Shown: piece by piece, positions 1 to 10,349 of the stretch | Layout of the letters: each line of letters opens with the position of its first letter | How positions within the stretch are numbered: position 1 is the stretch's first letter | Source of the DNA: Nitrosopumilus sp. | Lineage (GTDB): Archaea > Thermoproteota > Nitrososphaeria > Nitrososphaerales > Nitrosopumilaceae | Direction of reading: 5' to 3' | Assembly (NCBI GenBank): GCA_965205675.1 | Contig: OZ242186.1 | Location: 800,001 to 864,000 of the forward strand | DNA length: 64,000 nucleotides | Notes under the pieces: model-generated | Told to the model about the DNA's origin: nothing | What the model saw: only the letters and a program-made list of their open reading frames with translations | Database searches by the model: none | Program-made: the position numbers and the translations under genes

Positions 1-229
1 AAGTCATTGTTATGAGAGACCTACGTATGCTGATTGGCCTTACAATGTTTTTTCTATGATACATTGCAAAACTCATGATGAGGCATATAAAGTGGCAAAA
101 ACTATTCAAGATCAAATTAATGTCGATGAATACAATATTCTTTTTAGCTCGCGCGAATTCAAAAAAACACGTGTTGAATATTTTGTAGAAAACTCATTTA
201 GCTTGGAAGAAACACTTTCAGTATCTTAG
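1..229 (+). CDS. Siroheme decarboxylase AhbB/NirH-type (AsnC fold), 3' part only
   Basis: Frame 2 reads SHCYERPTYADWPYNVFSMIH...SSREFKK, the AhbB/NirH signature; TAG at 227-229; 5' end outside the window. Confidence 0.8.
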   Translation, partial: SHCYERPTYADWPYNVFSMIHCKTHDEAYKVAKTIQDQINVDEYNILFSSREFKKTRVEYFVENSFSLEETLSVS

Positions 230-558
230 ATCTCATTTTTATCGTGTCCTACAACATGAATTATACAAAAATATTGATCATTCATGTTGCAATAGTATAG
301 CGAATCTTTGCCACATTCTTTACATGGTGGTTTTTTATCCAATTCTGATAATTTCGTATGGTATACTTTACTTCTAGATGTAATTGTAGAATCTTTGTAA
401 ATTCTAGTTATATTTGAATAATATTCTAATTCTTCAGGATTCAATGTTTGGTTATTTCTGATTTTTTTAATCATTGATTCCCATTTTTTATATTTGCCAA
501 TCTTGGCCTTTTTCATTCTTTCAATAACTTCTATAGTTTTTTTTGAATTTATTGACAA
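226..558 (-). CDS. Hypothetical protein with C-terminal Cys/His zinc-binding motif
   Basis: 110-aa ORF with CxxC...C...CxxH...H. Confidence 0.7.
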   Translation of the reverse strand: MSINSKKTIEVIERMKKAKIGKYKKWESMIKKIRNNQTLNPEELEYYSNITRIYKDSTITSRSKVYHTKLSELDKKPPCKECGKDSLYYCNMNDQYFCIIHVVGHDKNEI

Positions 559-567
559 ATCCCTTTA

Positions 568-1566
568 CTAATTTGCTTGAGGTGTTGATTTTAATTCGTA
601 AGGTGGCCATGTGTTATACAATTCTTCTATCTCTTTGATGTCTGATGCTGAAATATATTCTCCTTTTGTCATTTCTACATAATTTACAATCTCTTCTTCA
701 CTTACTACTGTTGGAAACACTGATGCAAATCCTTTCTTAGACATGATAAACTTTATTGCTAATTCTGTTATGGTTAATCCATTTCTATCTGCAATTGGTC
801 TGAGCATTTCTACTTTTTTTAATGATGCTTTAATCCATTCGCCTTTTCTAACAGATCTATGGTCTTTTTCATCTATTTTTGTTTCAGCATTTATTTTTCC
901 CGTTAGTATTCCTGAAGCTTCTGGGACTCTAGCTAAAATCCCAACGCTTTTTTCTTCAGCTTTTTTCATTAATTCATTACCTGGGGTTTGTTCTAAAATA
1001 TTGTAAACTGTTTGAACTGCACTGACATTTGGTCTATCCATGGCCTCCATTCCTTCTTGTGTCCATCCTATTGCTGGACCCAAAGCTACTTGATATGTCT
1101 TGATAGATTCATCTGCAACGAAACTATCTAAGACAGCAAAAATTGAATTATCTCTGATGTGTTCTAATTTTGGATTATGCAAACCATACATGTCTAAATG
1201 ATCTGTCTGTAATCTCTCTAAACTATTCCTTAATGCATTTCGTGTAAAATCCTCATCAAATTTTTGTGGTAATTCACTGTGACCTATTTGTTCTACTTTT
1301 GAAAAATCATAACCATATTTTGTAGATATGACTACCTCCTTTCTCATATCTTTGAAAACTTCTCCGATGAGTTTTTCGCTTTTCCCCTTACCGTACATAT
1401 CCCCTGTTTCAAAAAAGTTAATTCCTAAATCATATGCCTTTTTGAGCATTCTTTTAGCCTCATCCTCTTCAATTTTTTTGCCCCACCAATCTAGAGCAAT
1501 TGACCAAGCACCAAACCCTAACTCTGATACTCTGATGTCTGTTTTACCCAGTTTATTATAGTTCAA
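568..1566 (-). CDS. Aldo/keto reductase
   Basis: LGKTDIRVSELGFG, GxSE, SLERLQTDHLD, YNIL motifs. Confidence 0.93.
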   Translation of the reverse strand: MNYNKLGKTDIRVSELGFGAWSIALDWWGKKIEEDEAKRMLKKAYDLGINFFETGDMYGKGKSEKLIGEVFKDMRKEVVISTKYGYDFSKVEQIGHSELPQKFDEDFTRNALRNSLERLQTDHLDMYGLHNPKLEHIRDNSIFAVLDSFVADESIKTYQVALGPAIGWTQEGMEAMDRPNVSAVQTVYNILEQTPGNELMKKAEEKSVGILARVPEASGILTGKINAETKIDEKDHRSVRKGEWIKASLKKVEMLRPIADRNGLTITELAIKFIMSKKGFASVFPTVVSEEEIVNYVEMTKGEYISASDIKEIEELYNTWPPYELKSTPQAN

Positions 1567-1649
1567 AACTTGTTTTTAAATTCAAAATTTCATCATTTAT
1601 GTTTATCCGAGATTTGCATCTCTGGTATTTGAATTAAATTCACTCGATT

Positions 1650-2324
1650 TTATCCTAAACTAGAAATCATTGGAACAATGTCTTTTTTTACACACACAAT
1701 CATTGGTATGTCGTTTTTAACATATGTTGAGACTTGGGTTTCTCTTAAATCCATGATCAAATCTTGAAAATCTCTGATATCATCTACTTCAAATGCCAGC
1801 ATGAAATCTTCATCATGAATTCCAAAAGAATATGTGGTGTTGAGTACTATTTGTGGATATTTTTTACTTACTTCTATATGCTCATCCATTATTTCTTGAC
1901 GTTTTTCTTTTGGTAGTAGATACCACTCTCTAGTTTTTGTAAATGGATAAACTATGACATGTTTTTTAGGATTGTTTCCTGTGAGAAAACCATGTGCTTT
2001 TTGTTCTTGTACATAAAGTGATGGCCTTGTACATGACAAATATGTCATTGATGGCATGATATATTTCCCAAACACTGTTTTGTAAATTTTTTCTATTACC
2101 ACTTGAATTTCTTCTACTGTTTTTGCTGCAAACCAGAATAAGAAATCTGCATCATCTCTTAATCCTAAATTTGAATATGATCTAAACATAATTTTTGAAT
2201 TGTTGATTACGTTTTCAACTTCTTTTGCAGATTCTTCTTTTGCTAAATCTGCCATCCATCTCCATTTTGGATCTACTTTGAAAAATGAGAAATTAAAGTA
2301 ATATTGTTGATTCTCTTCTGACAT
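1650..2324 (-). CDS. Chlorite dismutase-like / coproheme decarboxylase (ChdC/HemQ) family protein
   Basis: YPFTKTREWYLLP..R..IM.EH and YSFGI.D..F..AFE motifs. Confidence 0.85.
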   Translation of the reverse strand: MSEENQQYYFNFSFFKVDPKWRWMADLAKEESAKEVENVINNSKIMFRSYSNLGLRDDADFLFWFAAKTVEEIQVVIEKIYKTVFGKYIMPSMTYLSCTRPSLYVQEQKAHGFLTGNNPKKHVIVYPFTKTREWYLLPKEKRQEIMDEHIEVSKKYPQIVLNTTYSFGIHDEDFMLAFEVDDIRDFQDLIMDLRETQVSTYVKNDIPMIVCVKKDIVPMISSLG

Positions 2325-2615
2325 GTTATTTTCAATTTCAAAACCCTATTTAAACAAAAACTAGATTTTCTATTGCAGAACTTTGATAATTTTTTCTGGC
2401 GTTATGTGGCCTGAGTTAATCTTCACTAATGATGTTGACATGTTGAAATATTTTGCAATTTTTTAATAATCTTTTTACTTATTTCTCCTTTGCTTGGTCC
2501 TGTTTTTATTCCTATATTGATTTGCTTATTTTTTATTTCAAAAAAACTTTTTGGAAAATTCTATATGAATTTTACAAATCAATATTATTTGAAAAGACAA
2601 GAAAGTTATCTTTGA

Positions 2616-3386
2616 TCAGGCTGATTGCTCTAAAGCCCATTCGTAACCTTCTGCTTCTAATTTATCTGCAAGTGTTGCATCTCCTGTTTTCAATACTTGA
2701 CCTCTTGCAAATACATGTACAAAATCTAATTTATCCAAGAACTTTAAAATTCTTGCATAGTGTGTAATGATGATAACTGTTGCATCTTTACCTGAAACCT
2801 TGCTAATTGCTTGTGCTACTGCTTGAACTGCGTCTATATCTAAACCTGAATCTGGTTCATCTAAAATTGAAATTTTTGGTTTAAGTACTGCCATTTGCAA
2901 AACTTCTGCACGTTTTTTCTCACCTCCTGAAAATCCTTCATTAAGATATCTTGAAAGAAATTCTTCTTTCAATCCTACTTTCTCTAAATTCTCTTTAAGA
3001 TATTTCTGAAATTCTCGTACTGTGATGAATACTTCTCTATCATCGCCTTCAAGTGCTTTACTTAGAGAATTATATGCGGTTCTTAAAAAGTGAGAAAATC
3101 CTACTCCAGAAACTTCGGTTGGATATTGAAATCCTAAGAATAGTCCTTTCTTTGCTCTCTCATCTGCTGTTAAATCTAAAATGCTCTCCCCATCTAACAA
3201 AATATCTCCCTTTGTAACTTCATATTTTGGATGTGCAAGTAATGTGTATGCTAGTGTGCTTTTCCCTGAACCATTTGGTCCCATAATGGCATGTACCTCT
3301 CCCGGACCTGTTTTCAAATTGACTCCTTTGAGAATCTCTTTGCCTTCTCTTGATACGTGAAGATCTCTGATTTCCAATACTGCCAT
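2616..3386 (-). CDS. sufC: Fe-S cluster assembly ATPase SufC
   Basis: GPNGSGKST, FQYP, LNEGFSGGEKKR, LDEPDSGLDIDA. Confidence 0.96.
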   Translation of the reverse strand: MAVLEIRDLHVSREGKEILKGVNLKTGPGEVHAIMGPNGSGKSTLAYTLLAHPKYEVTKGDILLDGESILDLTADERAKKGLFLGFQYPTEVSGVGFSHFLRTAYNSLSKALEGDDREVFITVREFQKYLKENLEKVGLKEEFLSRYLNEGFSGGEKKRAEVLQMAVLKPKISILDEPDSGLDIDAVQAVAQAISKVSGKDATVIIITHYARILKFLDKLDFVHVFARGQVLKTGDATLADKLEAEGYEWALEQSA

Positions 3387-3482
3387 ATTGCGATTTGTTC
3401 TGGTTCTCTATATAATACCGACGAAATTTAGCTGATCCTAATCGTAGCATTTGATAATAAAATGAAAAGGGGGGGGGATTAA

Positions 3483-4436
3483 TTAGTTGGTCAGAGATGG
3501 TCTCAAAGTAATTTTGAGTTTGTAACATGTCAGAATTTCTTTACATCTGTTTCTGATGGTAACTTCTGTAACTCCTGCAATACTTGAAACGTCTCTTTGT
3601 AGAACGCTTTGCCCAAGTAAGACTGATGCTACATACAGATACGCTGCGGCAATTCCGTTTGGAGCCTTTCCGTCTGCGATATTGCTGTCTTTAGTTTTTT
3701 CAGCAATTTCTAAGGCTAGTCTTTCAACTCTTACCTCAGTATGTGTCATGTTTGCTATCTTTGAGATGTATTTGTCCATGGTTACAACTGGGGCATGTAA
3801 TTGCCCCATTTCCATTACCATGATTCTGTAGTATCTAGCTGCAAGTTTTGTTTTTGACTTAACATTTTTTGTTGAACAAATTCCTTGGCAAATTTCTTCT
3901 AATGATCTTACTACGTCACATTGTTTGCATGCCATGTAAATTGTAGATGCAGTAATGCATACTACTGATCTTCCCTTCACATCAACATGTCCATCCAAGT
4001 TTCTGTATATCATAGATGCAGTCTCTAACACATTCTTTGAAAGATTTAGACTGTCACATGCTTCACCCATTTTTGCTAAAACATTTGCCAGTCTCCTCTC
4101 TCTTGGTGTGGTGATTCTTACTCTTTGTTGCCATTTTCTGAGATTGTGCATTTTTTTTGCAACGTCGTGGTTGATTGTTTTTCCACTAAAGTCTTTTGCA
4201 CTGATTGAAATCTCAGTTGCTATTCCCAAATCATGTTGGGAATAAGTTGTTTGTCCTGTTGCCCTTGCAAGCTTCATTTTGTCTTCAAAGTTTGAGCTTA
4301 TTGTTTCTGGACCAAAATCTGCAATCTGATCATCGACTACTACGCCGCAACCAGAACAGATTATTTCACCATTCTGCATGTCATCTACTAATGTAGATTT
4401 ACATTCAGGACAGTTTTGTTTTTCTAGTATGTTCAT
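3483..4436 (-). CDS. tfb: Transcription initiation factor IIB (TFB)
   Basis: N-terminal CPEC..CSGC zinc ribbon, GKAPNGIAAA, GVTEVTIRNR. Confidence 0.95.
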   Translation of the reverse strand: MNILEKQNCPECKSTLVDDMQNGEIICSGCGVVVDDQIADFGPETISSNFEDKMKLARATGQTTYSQHDLGIATEISISAKDFSGKTINHDVAKKMHNLRKWQQRVRITTPRERRLANVLAKMGEACDSLNLSKNVLETASMIYRNLDGHVDVKGRSVVCITASTIYMACKQCDVVRSLEEICQGICSTKNVKSKTKLAARYYRIMVMEMGQLHAPVVTMDKYISKIANMTHTEVRVERLALEIAEKTKDSNIADGKAPNGIAAAYLYVASVLLGQSVLQRDVSSIAGVTEVTIRNRCKEILTCYKLKITLRPSLTN

Positions 4437-4702
4437 TATTTTCTTCTCCTAAATTTTTCTGGTTTGTTTGCAGGATATTCTTGAGATGCGAAAACATTTC
4501 TGCCAATGTATTTTTTAATATTGTTTGTTAATGGCGTTGCTGATGCAAACGGTCTACTTATTGGACCTATCAGTTCGTTTATTTTTGCAATTCTAGTTCC
4601 CCTTTCGTCACAGAGTATCTGTCCTTCAACTAATTCTTTTGATAGTTGAACGATTACCCTGCCACTACCGGCTAGGTGCATTATTTCGCCTACCTCCTGC
4701 AA
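4436..4702 (-). CDS. gar1: H/ACA RNP protein Gar1
   Basis: Short ORF with I..LIGPISRPF motif, in the usual position upstream of tfb. Confidence 0.8.
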   Translation of the reverse strand: MQEVGEIMHLAGSGRVIVQLSKELVEGQILCDERGTRIAKINELIGPISRPFASATPLTNNIKKYIGRNVFASQEYPANKPEKFRRRK

Positions 4703-4776
4703 TTAGAATTATTAATCACTGTGTCCCTTTCATAGACTTCTGTCAACTTTACTTTAGCTAAGAGCTAGATTTCATT

Positions 4777-5076
4777 TTATTTTGATTGTTTTGTTCTTTT
4801 TGCTACTAACTTTTCAGAAATTTTGTTAAGAATTTTTGTCTTGGAGGATCTTTTTGGTACAACCACGTAGCCTGACCTGACAAATGGTTTTTTGGGAAAT
4901 CTAACTTTGTCGTCTGATTCTGCTATTTCTATTCCGCTGGCTTTTGTTGCATTCATTAATTCTTTTAATGAGGGGTCAAAAACACATTTTTCCAATCTTA
5001 TTCTTCTTCCTTCGGATTTTTTTAAATTTTTATTAAAATAATCCAGCCAGACTACGACATGTTCGTAATCTTTCAT
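4777..5076 (-). CDS. srp19: Signal recognition particle protein SRP19
   Basis: VVWLDYFN..L..SEGRR...PSL.EL; follows rps8e. Confidence 0.9.
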   Translation of the reverse strand: MKDYEHVVVWLDYFNKNLKKSEGRRIRLEKCVFDPSLKELMNATKASGIEIAESDDKVRFPKKPFVRSGYVVVPKRSSKTKILNKISEKLVAKRTKQSK

Positions 5077-5077
5077 T

Positions 5078-5461
5078 TTATTTCTTTAGTAAAATTGCGT
5101 TAACGATTCCGTTTTGACCTGGTTTTGAAACAACTCTGCATTTGCCTTCTGCTGTTTCAAGAATTGCACCTTTTGTAATTATGCCTCGTCTTTTGTAATC
5201 ATTGTTTGTAGCATTTTCTAAAACTTTGATAATTTTTGATTTTTTTACTTTAGCTTCACCTGTTGCTAAATTAACAAAGTCAATTGATTTCAAAGCCGTT
5301 TTTCTATTATTGCCCCGAATTCTTCTTGTTACTGTAACTTGAGCTCCGTTAACTGGTTCATTTGGATATCTATCAGTTTCATACTTTCTTCTAATTCTAA
5401 GTGGAATTCTTCTTCCCCCAGTAATTTTACTTGTTGCTAAATTTTCTACTGATTTTCTCAC
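5078..5461 (-). CDS. rps8e: 30S ribosomal protein S8e
   Basis: KITGG, RIRGNN.K, IITKGA...T..G...V.SKPGQNG. Confidence 0.95.
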   Translation of the reverse strand: MRKSVENLATSKITGGRRIPLRIRRKYETDRYPNEPVNGAQVTVTRRIRGNNRKTALKSIDFVNLATGEAKVKKSKIIKVLENATNNDYKRRGIITKGAILETAEGKCRVVSKPGQNGIVNAILLKK

Positions 5462-5542
5462 GAATAGTCTTTGGATTACTCTAATTTATACAAAACGCAA
5501 AAAGTTAGCCGTGAGTCAAAAAAATCTGGTTTACTTTTGATG

Positions 5543-6100
5543 TTATTGGTGGTGAAGGATTGTCTGTCTATTTGCTGTTTTTCTTACTTTGTTGAATAGT
5601 CTTTGTTTGAGATCTTCTGCGTCTCCTTGAATGCCAAAATATTTTTGGAATTTTTCAGTTGTCGTGTAAATTTTTAATCGTCCTACATTTTGATGACTGA
5701 TGTAATCTAATTGTCTTAGTTCTTTGAGATGTGCATATACTCCAGATCCTCTTGTCTCAACAAGTTGTTTTGATGATATCGGTTGCATGTATGCAATGTA
5801 TGATAATGTCTTTAATGTTGCATTTGGAAGAACTGGTTTTGATGCATATCTTTTGACTGTTGCACTGTATTCTGGTTTTAATTGCATTACATATGAGCCA
5901 TCTGGAAGAATTACTACTTCTAATGCTTTGAATGCTATTTTTGTCTTTTTCATAATGTTGTTTAGTAATTCTTGTGTTTTTGTTCTAGATTCTGTGCCTG
6001 AAGCTCTGACAATATCTTCAATTTTTAACGGTCTTCCTGCTGAATACAATGCCGCCTCAATCCTTGCTGTTGCCTCATTTAAATTCTCAATTCTTGCCAA
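5543..6100 (-). CDS. scpB: Segregation and condensation protein ScpB
   Basis: IEAALY, LKTLSYIAYMQPI, TTEKF..YFG. Confidence 0.92.
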   Translation of the reverse strand: MARIENLNEATARIEAALYSAGRPLKIEDIVRASGTESRTKTQELLNNIMKKTKIAFKALEVVILPDGSYVMQLKPEYSATVKRYASKPVLPNATLKTLSYIAYMQPISSKQLVETRGSGVYAHLKELRQLDYISHQNVGRLKIYTTTEKFQKYFGIQGDAEDLKQRLFNKVRKTANRQTILHHQ

Positions 6101-6115
6101 TTATTCTCTCTCTTC

Positions 6116-6793
6116 TTAATTTTTTAACTCTTCTTTCATTATGATGATTTTAATGTCATCTTCAACTTGCTCCAAGTCTACTTTCTGGTCTCTTGCCAAA
6201 AATAATGCTGCAAAGAAACATCTGATTGAATCAACTTGGTCCAATTCTTTTATAATATCTTGTAGTAGTCCAAATCCTGCACTGCTAATTTTTTTCATTA
6301 TGAGGTCTTCATATTTTCCAATAATACTCTCAAGTGAGATAAAACATTCTTGAAAATCTGGTGGTGAACTTGGCTCTATGTCTATTTGTCCCCTCTGTCT
6401 TGATCGAGGGTTTGCTATTGTACTGATAAGATTCTGCAATAATCCCAACAAATCATCTAATGATACTGGATATGTTGATTCATGTCTGTATGGGATATCT
6501 ATTAATTCAATATCTACATCGGTTCTTTGATGCATTGGTTTTTTCTCCATTGCAGCTTTCTGCAAAGCAAAAATACTCTCAACTTTCATTCTATAGATTA
6601 ATGATGATGATAATGCAGCCATTCCTGCAACTTTGAGATCTTTCTTATCTGTTTTTTCAAGAATTTTTACTAATAAATTCAAAATCTGAATTAGATCAAT
6701 TTCCCAAACGTTTTTTTTAACAACTGATGCGGGACTAAACAGAATGTTTACTGGTTCCTGAGAAATACTATTGGGAGTTTGTGTCTCATTCAC
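6116..6793 (-). CDS. scpA: Segregation and condensation protein ScpA
   Basis: W.IDL N-terminus and FFAALFLA..Q..DLEQ C-terminus; adjacent to scpB. Confidence 0.85.
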   Translation of the reverse strand: MNETQTPNSISQEPVNILFSPASVVKKNVWEIDLIQILNLLVKILEKTDKKDLKVAGMAALSSSLIYRMKVESIFALQKAAMEKKPMHQRTDVDIELIDIPYRHESTYPVSLDDLLGLLQNLISTIANPRSRQRGQIDIEPSSPPDFQECFISLESIIGKYEDLIMKKISSAGFGLLQDIIKELDQVDSIRCFFAALFLARDQKVDLEQVEDDIKIIIMKEELKN

Positions 6794-6887
6794 ATTATTT
6801 CTCTTTGATTATTCAATAATATCTAAGGGCTCTATTTTTTTCTCACATCCAGTCAACTCTTATATTGTTAACCTGAAAAATTCAACT

Positions 6888-7940
6888 ATGAAATCTGCTA
6901 GAATCACTGGTCCTAACGAGCCCCTCACAATATCTGAAAGCGAGACCCCTAAACCTCAAGGTACTCAGGTTTTAGTTAAAGTAAATTCTGTAGGCGTCTG
7001 CCACAGTGACTTGCACTTGTGGGAAGGTGGATATGATCTCGGTGACGGCCAATTCATGAAAGTCACTGATAGAGGTGTAAAATACCCTGTAACTCCTGGA
7101 CATGAAATTGTAGGTTCTGTTGAAGATGTTGGCGATGATGTTTCTGGTATTTCGAAAGGAGATCAAGTTTTAGTTTTTCCATGGATTGGCTGTGGAGGGT
7201 GTCCTGCTTGTAAAGTTGGAAATGAAAATCTGTGTGATACCCCAAAATCCATGGGTGTTTTTCAAGATGGTGGTTATTCTGACTATGCCCTAATTCCAAA
7301 TTTTAAATATCTGGCAAAACTTGATGGTGTTGATCCCGACGCTGCCACTTCTCTTGCTTGTTCTGGACTCACTGCATACACTGCAATCAAAAAGTCAAAT
7401 CAAAACTCTCCTGAATTTATTGTAATTGTTGGAGCAGGTGGCTTGGGATTGATGGGAGTTCAAATTGCAAAAGCCATAACTAATGCTAAAATTATCTGTG
7501 TTGATTTAGATGATCAAAAATTAGAAACAGCTAAAAAAATGGGTGCTGATTATACAATAAACTCTAAAGATCCTGAAACTGCCCAAAAAATAATGACTAT
7601 TTGCAATGACAAGGGAGCTGACAGTGTTGTAGACTTTGTAAATGCGCCACTCACTGCAAAACTAGACTTTGCAATTCTCCGAAAACGTGGTAACTTGGTA
7701 CTTGTTGGTCTATTTGGAGGCTCTATCGAATTATCCCTTGTAACAATTCCACTCAAAGCTATTGTCATTCAAGGTGCGTACACTGGAAATTATAGTGATA
7801 TGATAGAATTACTTGAACTTGCCAGAACAGGTACAATCAACCCTGTAATCTCAAAAAGATATTCCTTAGATGACGCACATATTGCACTTGATGATCTTAA
7901 GGCGCGAAAAATTATTGGGCGTGCCGTAATCAATCCCTAG
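6888..7940 (+). CDS. Zn-dependent alcohol dehydrogenase (MDR family)
   Basis: GVCHSD, GHE, CxxCxxC...C, GAGGLG; start placed at the MKSARI ATG (6888). Confidence 0.93.
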   Translation: MKSARITGPNEPLTISESETPKPQGTQVLVKVNSVGVCHSDLHLWEGGYDLGDGQFMKVTDRGVKYPVTPGHEIVGSVEDVGDDVSGISKGDQVLVFPWIGCGGCPACKVGNENLCDTPKSMGVFQDGGYSDYALIPNFKYLAKLDGVDPDAATSLACSGLTAYTAIKKSNQNSPEFIVIVGAGGLGLMGVQIAKAITNAKIICVDLDDQKLETAKKMGADYTINSKDPETAQKIMTICNDKGADSVVDFVNAPLTAKLDFAILRKRGNLVLVGLFGGSIELSLVTIPLKAIVIQGAYTGNYSDMIELLELARTGTINPVISKRYSLDDAHIALDDLKARKIIGRAVINP

Positions 7941-8095
7941 TTCATTTCATCACTGCAAAATTTTATAAAAAACATTGTGTACTCTTGTTAAACACAAACA
8001 AATCATAAAATATGTGCGAGTTTGCATCTTTACTCATATTCATTCAAGAATCTAATGCCTTTTTGAATTTCTTAGAATTTTTAACTTTGAGGTTT

Positions 8096-8659
8096 CTAGT
8101 CTTCTGGAATCCATCCTGATTCTAATATTTCTTGATCCTCTGTTTCTCCTACATTTGTTGCATATCTCCAAATTTTTTCTTTATCTGGAATCATTTTTTC
8201 TTTAATTTTTATCAATGCCTCGATTTCTGAATTTAAATTTTTATCGGCATTTCCATGTTCTTTACAGAATTTACATTTTTGATCTAGTGTTATTGGCTCT
8301 GATTCAATTAATGGGTATGCTGTACAAGCAAGCGGTCTTTTATTGTATATTCTACACGGGAATCCTCCATGTGGTGATTTATCCCCACTGTTTGTATCCA
8401 AAAATGGACATGTATTTCCATTTTCATCTGATCCCATTAACTGATACGCTAAAATTTTTGCAGGATGTGAATCTAATTTTTCAGAAATCCCAATCCTTGG
8501 CAAGATTTTAATTTTTATTCTATTTTTATCTGCAAGTTTTTCTATTCGTTCTTTTTCTTCTGGAAGAATTAAGACTCCTATTTTACCAAATCTTTTACTT
8601 GGATAATATTCTCTTTCAACACAGCATTGAGAGCATTCATCCACACATCTAAATTCCAT
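8096..8659 (-). CDS. YkgJ-family cysteine-cluster protein
   Basis: C..CSQCC, CPFL, C.IY..RP..C..YP; start placed at MEFRC. Confidence 0.85.
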   Translation of the reverse strand: MEFRCVDECSQCCVEREYYPSKRFGKIGVLILPEEKERIEKLADKNRIKIKILPRIGISEKLDSHPAKILAYQLMGSDENGNTCPFLDTNSGDKSPHGGFPCRIYNKRPLACTAYPLIESEPITLDQKCKFCKEHGNADKNLNSEIEALIKIKEKMIPDKEKIWRYATNVGETEDQEILESGWIPED

Positions 8660-8764
8660 ATCTTTTCTAATTCTATTTGATAAAAATCTCTTATGCTTAA
8701 TCGCTGCCAATTTTATTTCTATGCTGACCCTACCAGTTATATGCTCATAATGAAAACAAACAAC

Positions 8765-9076
8765 ATGGGTAAGCGTCAAGTAAAAAATGAGAGTGCATTA
8801 AAAGAAATTAGATTGCCTGAAGAGGGTGAACTCTTTGGCCGTGTTTTGAAAATGCTTGGAGGTGAAAATGTTATGATAAAATGTGATGATAACGTTACCC
8901 GTAGAGGAAGAATTAGGGGCAAACTAAAGAGACGAGTATGGATTCGAGACAATGATATTGTTATAATTGCTCCTTGGGATTTCAAAGAATCTGAACGTGG
9001 GGATATTGTTTGGAGATTCACACTTCCACAAGTTGAATGGCTTAAAGCAAATAATCACATTCCAAAAGATTTCTAA
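8765..9076 (+). CDS. eif1a: Translation initiation factor aIF-1A
   Basis: LGG, R.GRIRGKLKRRVWIR..D.VII.PWDF; start at MGKRQ. Confidence 0.95.
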   Translation: MGKRQVKNESALKEIRLPEEGELFGRVLKMLGGENVMIKCDDNVTRRGRIRGKLKRRVWIRDNDIVIIAPWDFKESERGDIVWRFTLPQVEWLKANNHIPKDF

Positions 9077-9146
9077 TCTTTTATCTTTGAGTTAATTTTT
9101 TGCTGATGCTTTAGTTAATATAGTGAGTTAATTGTTTGAGAATCAA

Positions 9147-9338
9147 ATGGAACAAGGCACCGTAAAATGGTTTAACCGTACTAAGGGCTTTGGTTTTATC
9201 GAAAGAGAAGGTGGAGACGATCTATTTGTTCACAAATCAGATGTTGACGGATTCATTAACGAAGGCGATAAAGTCGAGTTCGAAATTGGTGAGGGTCAAA
9301 AAGGACCAGCAGCCCAAAAAGTCAAAAAATCAGCATAG
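9147..9338 (+). CDS. Cold-shock domain protein
   Basis: GTVKWFN..KGFGFI, DLFVH, GQKGP.A. Confidence 0.93.
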   Translation: MEQGTVKWFNRTKGFGFIEREGGDDLFVHKSDVDGFINEGDKVEFEIGEGQKGPAAQKVKKSA

Positions 9339-9428
9339 GCAACAAGTTTTTTAAATTTAAGATTTCATCTTTGTTTTCTTAAACTAGTCTATCTTTTTAT
9401 TATTTTTAAATTCATTTTCAAAAATTTG

Positions 9429-9555
9429 TGGTCCCGCGGGGCGGAATTGAACCACCGACAACCCGGTTTCTGTATGCCTGATATGCTGTTTTTCGATCAG
9501 CCATCTAAAGCCAACAACTACAGCCGGAAGCTCTACCAGGCTGAGCTACCACGGG
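9429..9555 (-). tRNA. tRNA-Tyr(GTA) with a 50-nt canonical 37/38 intron (9468-9517)
   Basis: Reverse complement: acceptor CCCGTGG/CCGCGGG, encoded CCA, anticodon arm TCCGG-CTGTAG|intron|A-CCGGG, bulge-helix-bulge with CTGT/ACAG helix. Confidence 0.93.
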
Positions 9556-9652
9556 ACAAAAAAACGAAGATCTCTACTATTAAAAAACTATCGTAGATGA
9601 TTTTTTCTAAATGATCTCTAAAAGATAAATAGCCTAAAAAATTGATGTCCTC

Positions 9653-10264
9653 GTGTCTCAACTAACACTGTCTTATTCTGGATATGTCTGTGCGCCTTAC
9701 TTACACAATCATGAATCCGTCGAATTAAAAGAAACTTGGATTCGTTCAAAAAATATTGAGAAATTATACTTTGTTACAGGAACCTTCTCTAGTGAAAGTA
9801 AACCGTACTTTTCTGATTCCACCAATCATTATATTTTAGCTAAATTCAAAAATAGTGAACAAATTTCAAAAGATCTCACCTTTCACAATCAAGAAAAAAC
9901 CTCTTTTGTCTTTAACATTAAAGATGATCTCTTCCAAAGAGAAGTTCAAGGAGATACGAATTTTGTCTCTGTTTACTATTTAGAATATAGTGACGATGGC
10001 GATGATCTACAAGAAATTGCAAATCTTTTACTAAAAAAAGACAAAATTGAGATAGCTGGACTAGGAAATATGAACACTGTTTGCTTGCATTCTTCAAAAT
10101 TTACATTTCCATACTCTGAAAATATTGTAGTCATTGAAGTTGCAAGTGAAAAGAGCCATCAGAGTGTAAAAAAGTATTGTGACCAAACCCGGCGAGATAT
10201 TAATCGAAAAGGAATGACAATGACTAATTTGATGAATCTTTCAATTCTTGATACACTAAAGTAG
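9653..10264 (+). CDS. Hypothetical protein
   Basis: 203-aa ORF with GTG start; no family recognised. Confidence 0.7.
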   Translation: MSQLTLSYSGYVCAPYLHNHESVELKETWIRSKNIEKLYFVTGTFSSESKPYFSDSTNHYILAKFKNSEQISKDLTFHNQEKTSFVFNIKDDLFQREVQGDTNFVSVYYLEYSDDGDDLQEIANLLLKKDKIEIAGLGNMNTVCLHSSKFTFPYSENIVVIEVASEKSHQSVKKYCDQTRRDINRKGMTMTNLMNLSILDTLK

Positions 10265-10349
10265 AAAAGTTAAAACTTTTACTTGTGAGCCAAATATGGT
10301 GATATTTTTACTTTATAAAAAATCATGAAACAACATTTACTTTTATTAT

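Noticed and set aside
2453-2767. 104-aa plus-strand ORF and similar short overlapping ORFs across the track
   Set aside because: Antisense or alternate-frame overlaps of well-supported genes, with no motifs
3469-3477. G9 homopolymer in AT-rich DNA
   Set aside because: Lies just past the tfb stop as a pyrimidine tract on the coding strand; no frame to phase-vary
9468-9517. tRNA-Tyr intron as a novelty
   Set aside because: Canonical 37/38 bulge-helix-bulge intron, ordinary in archaea
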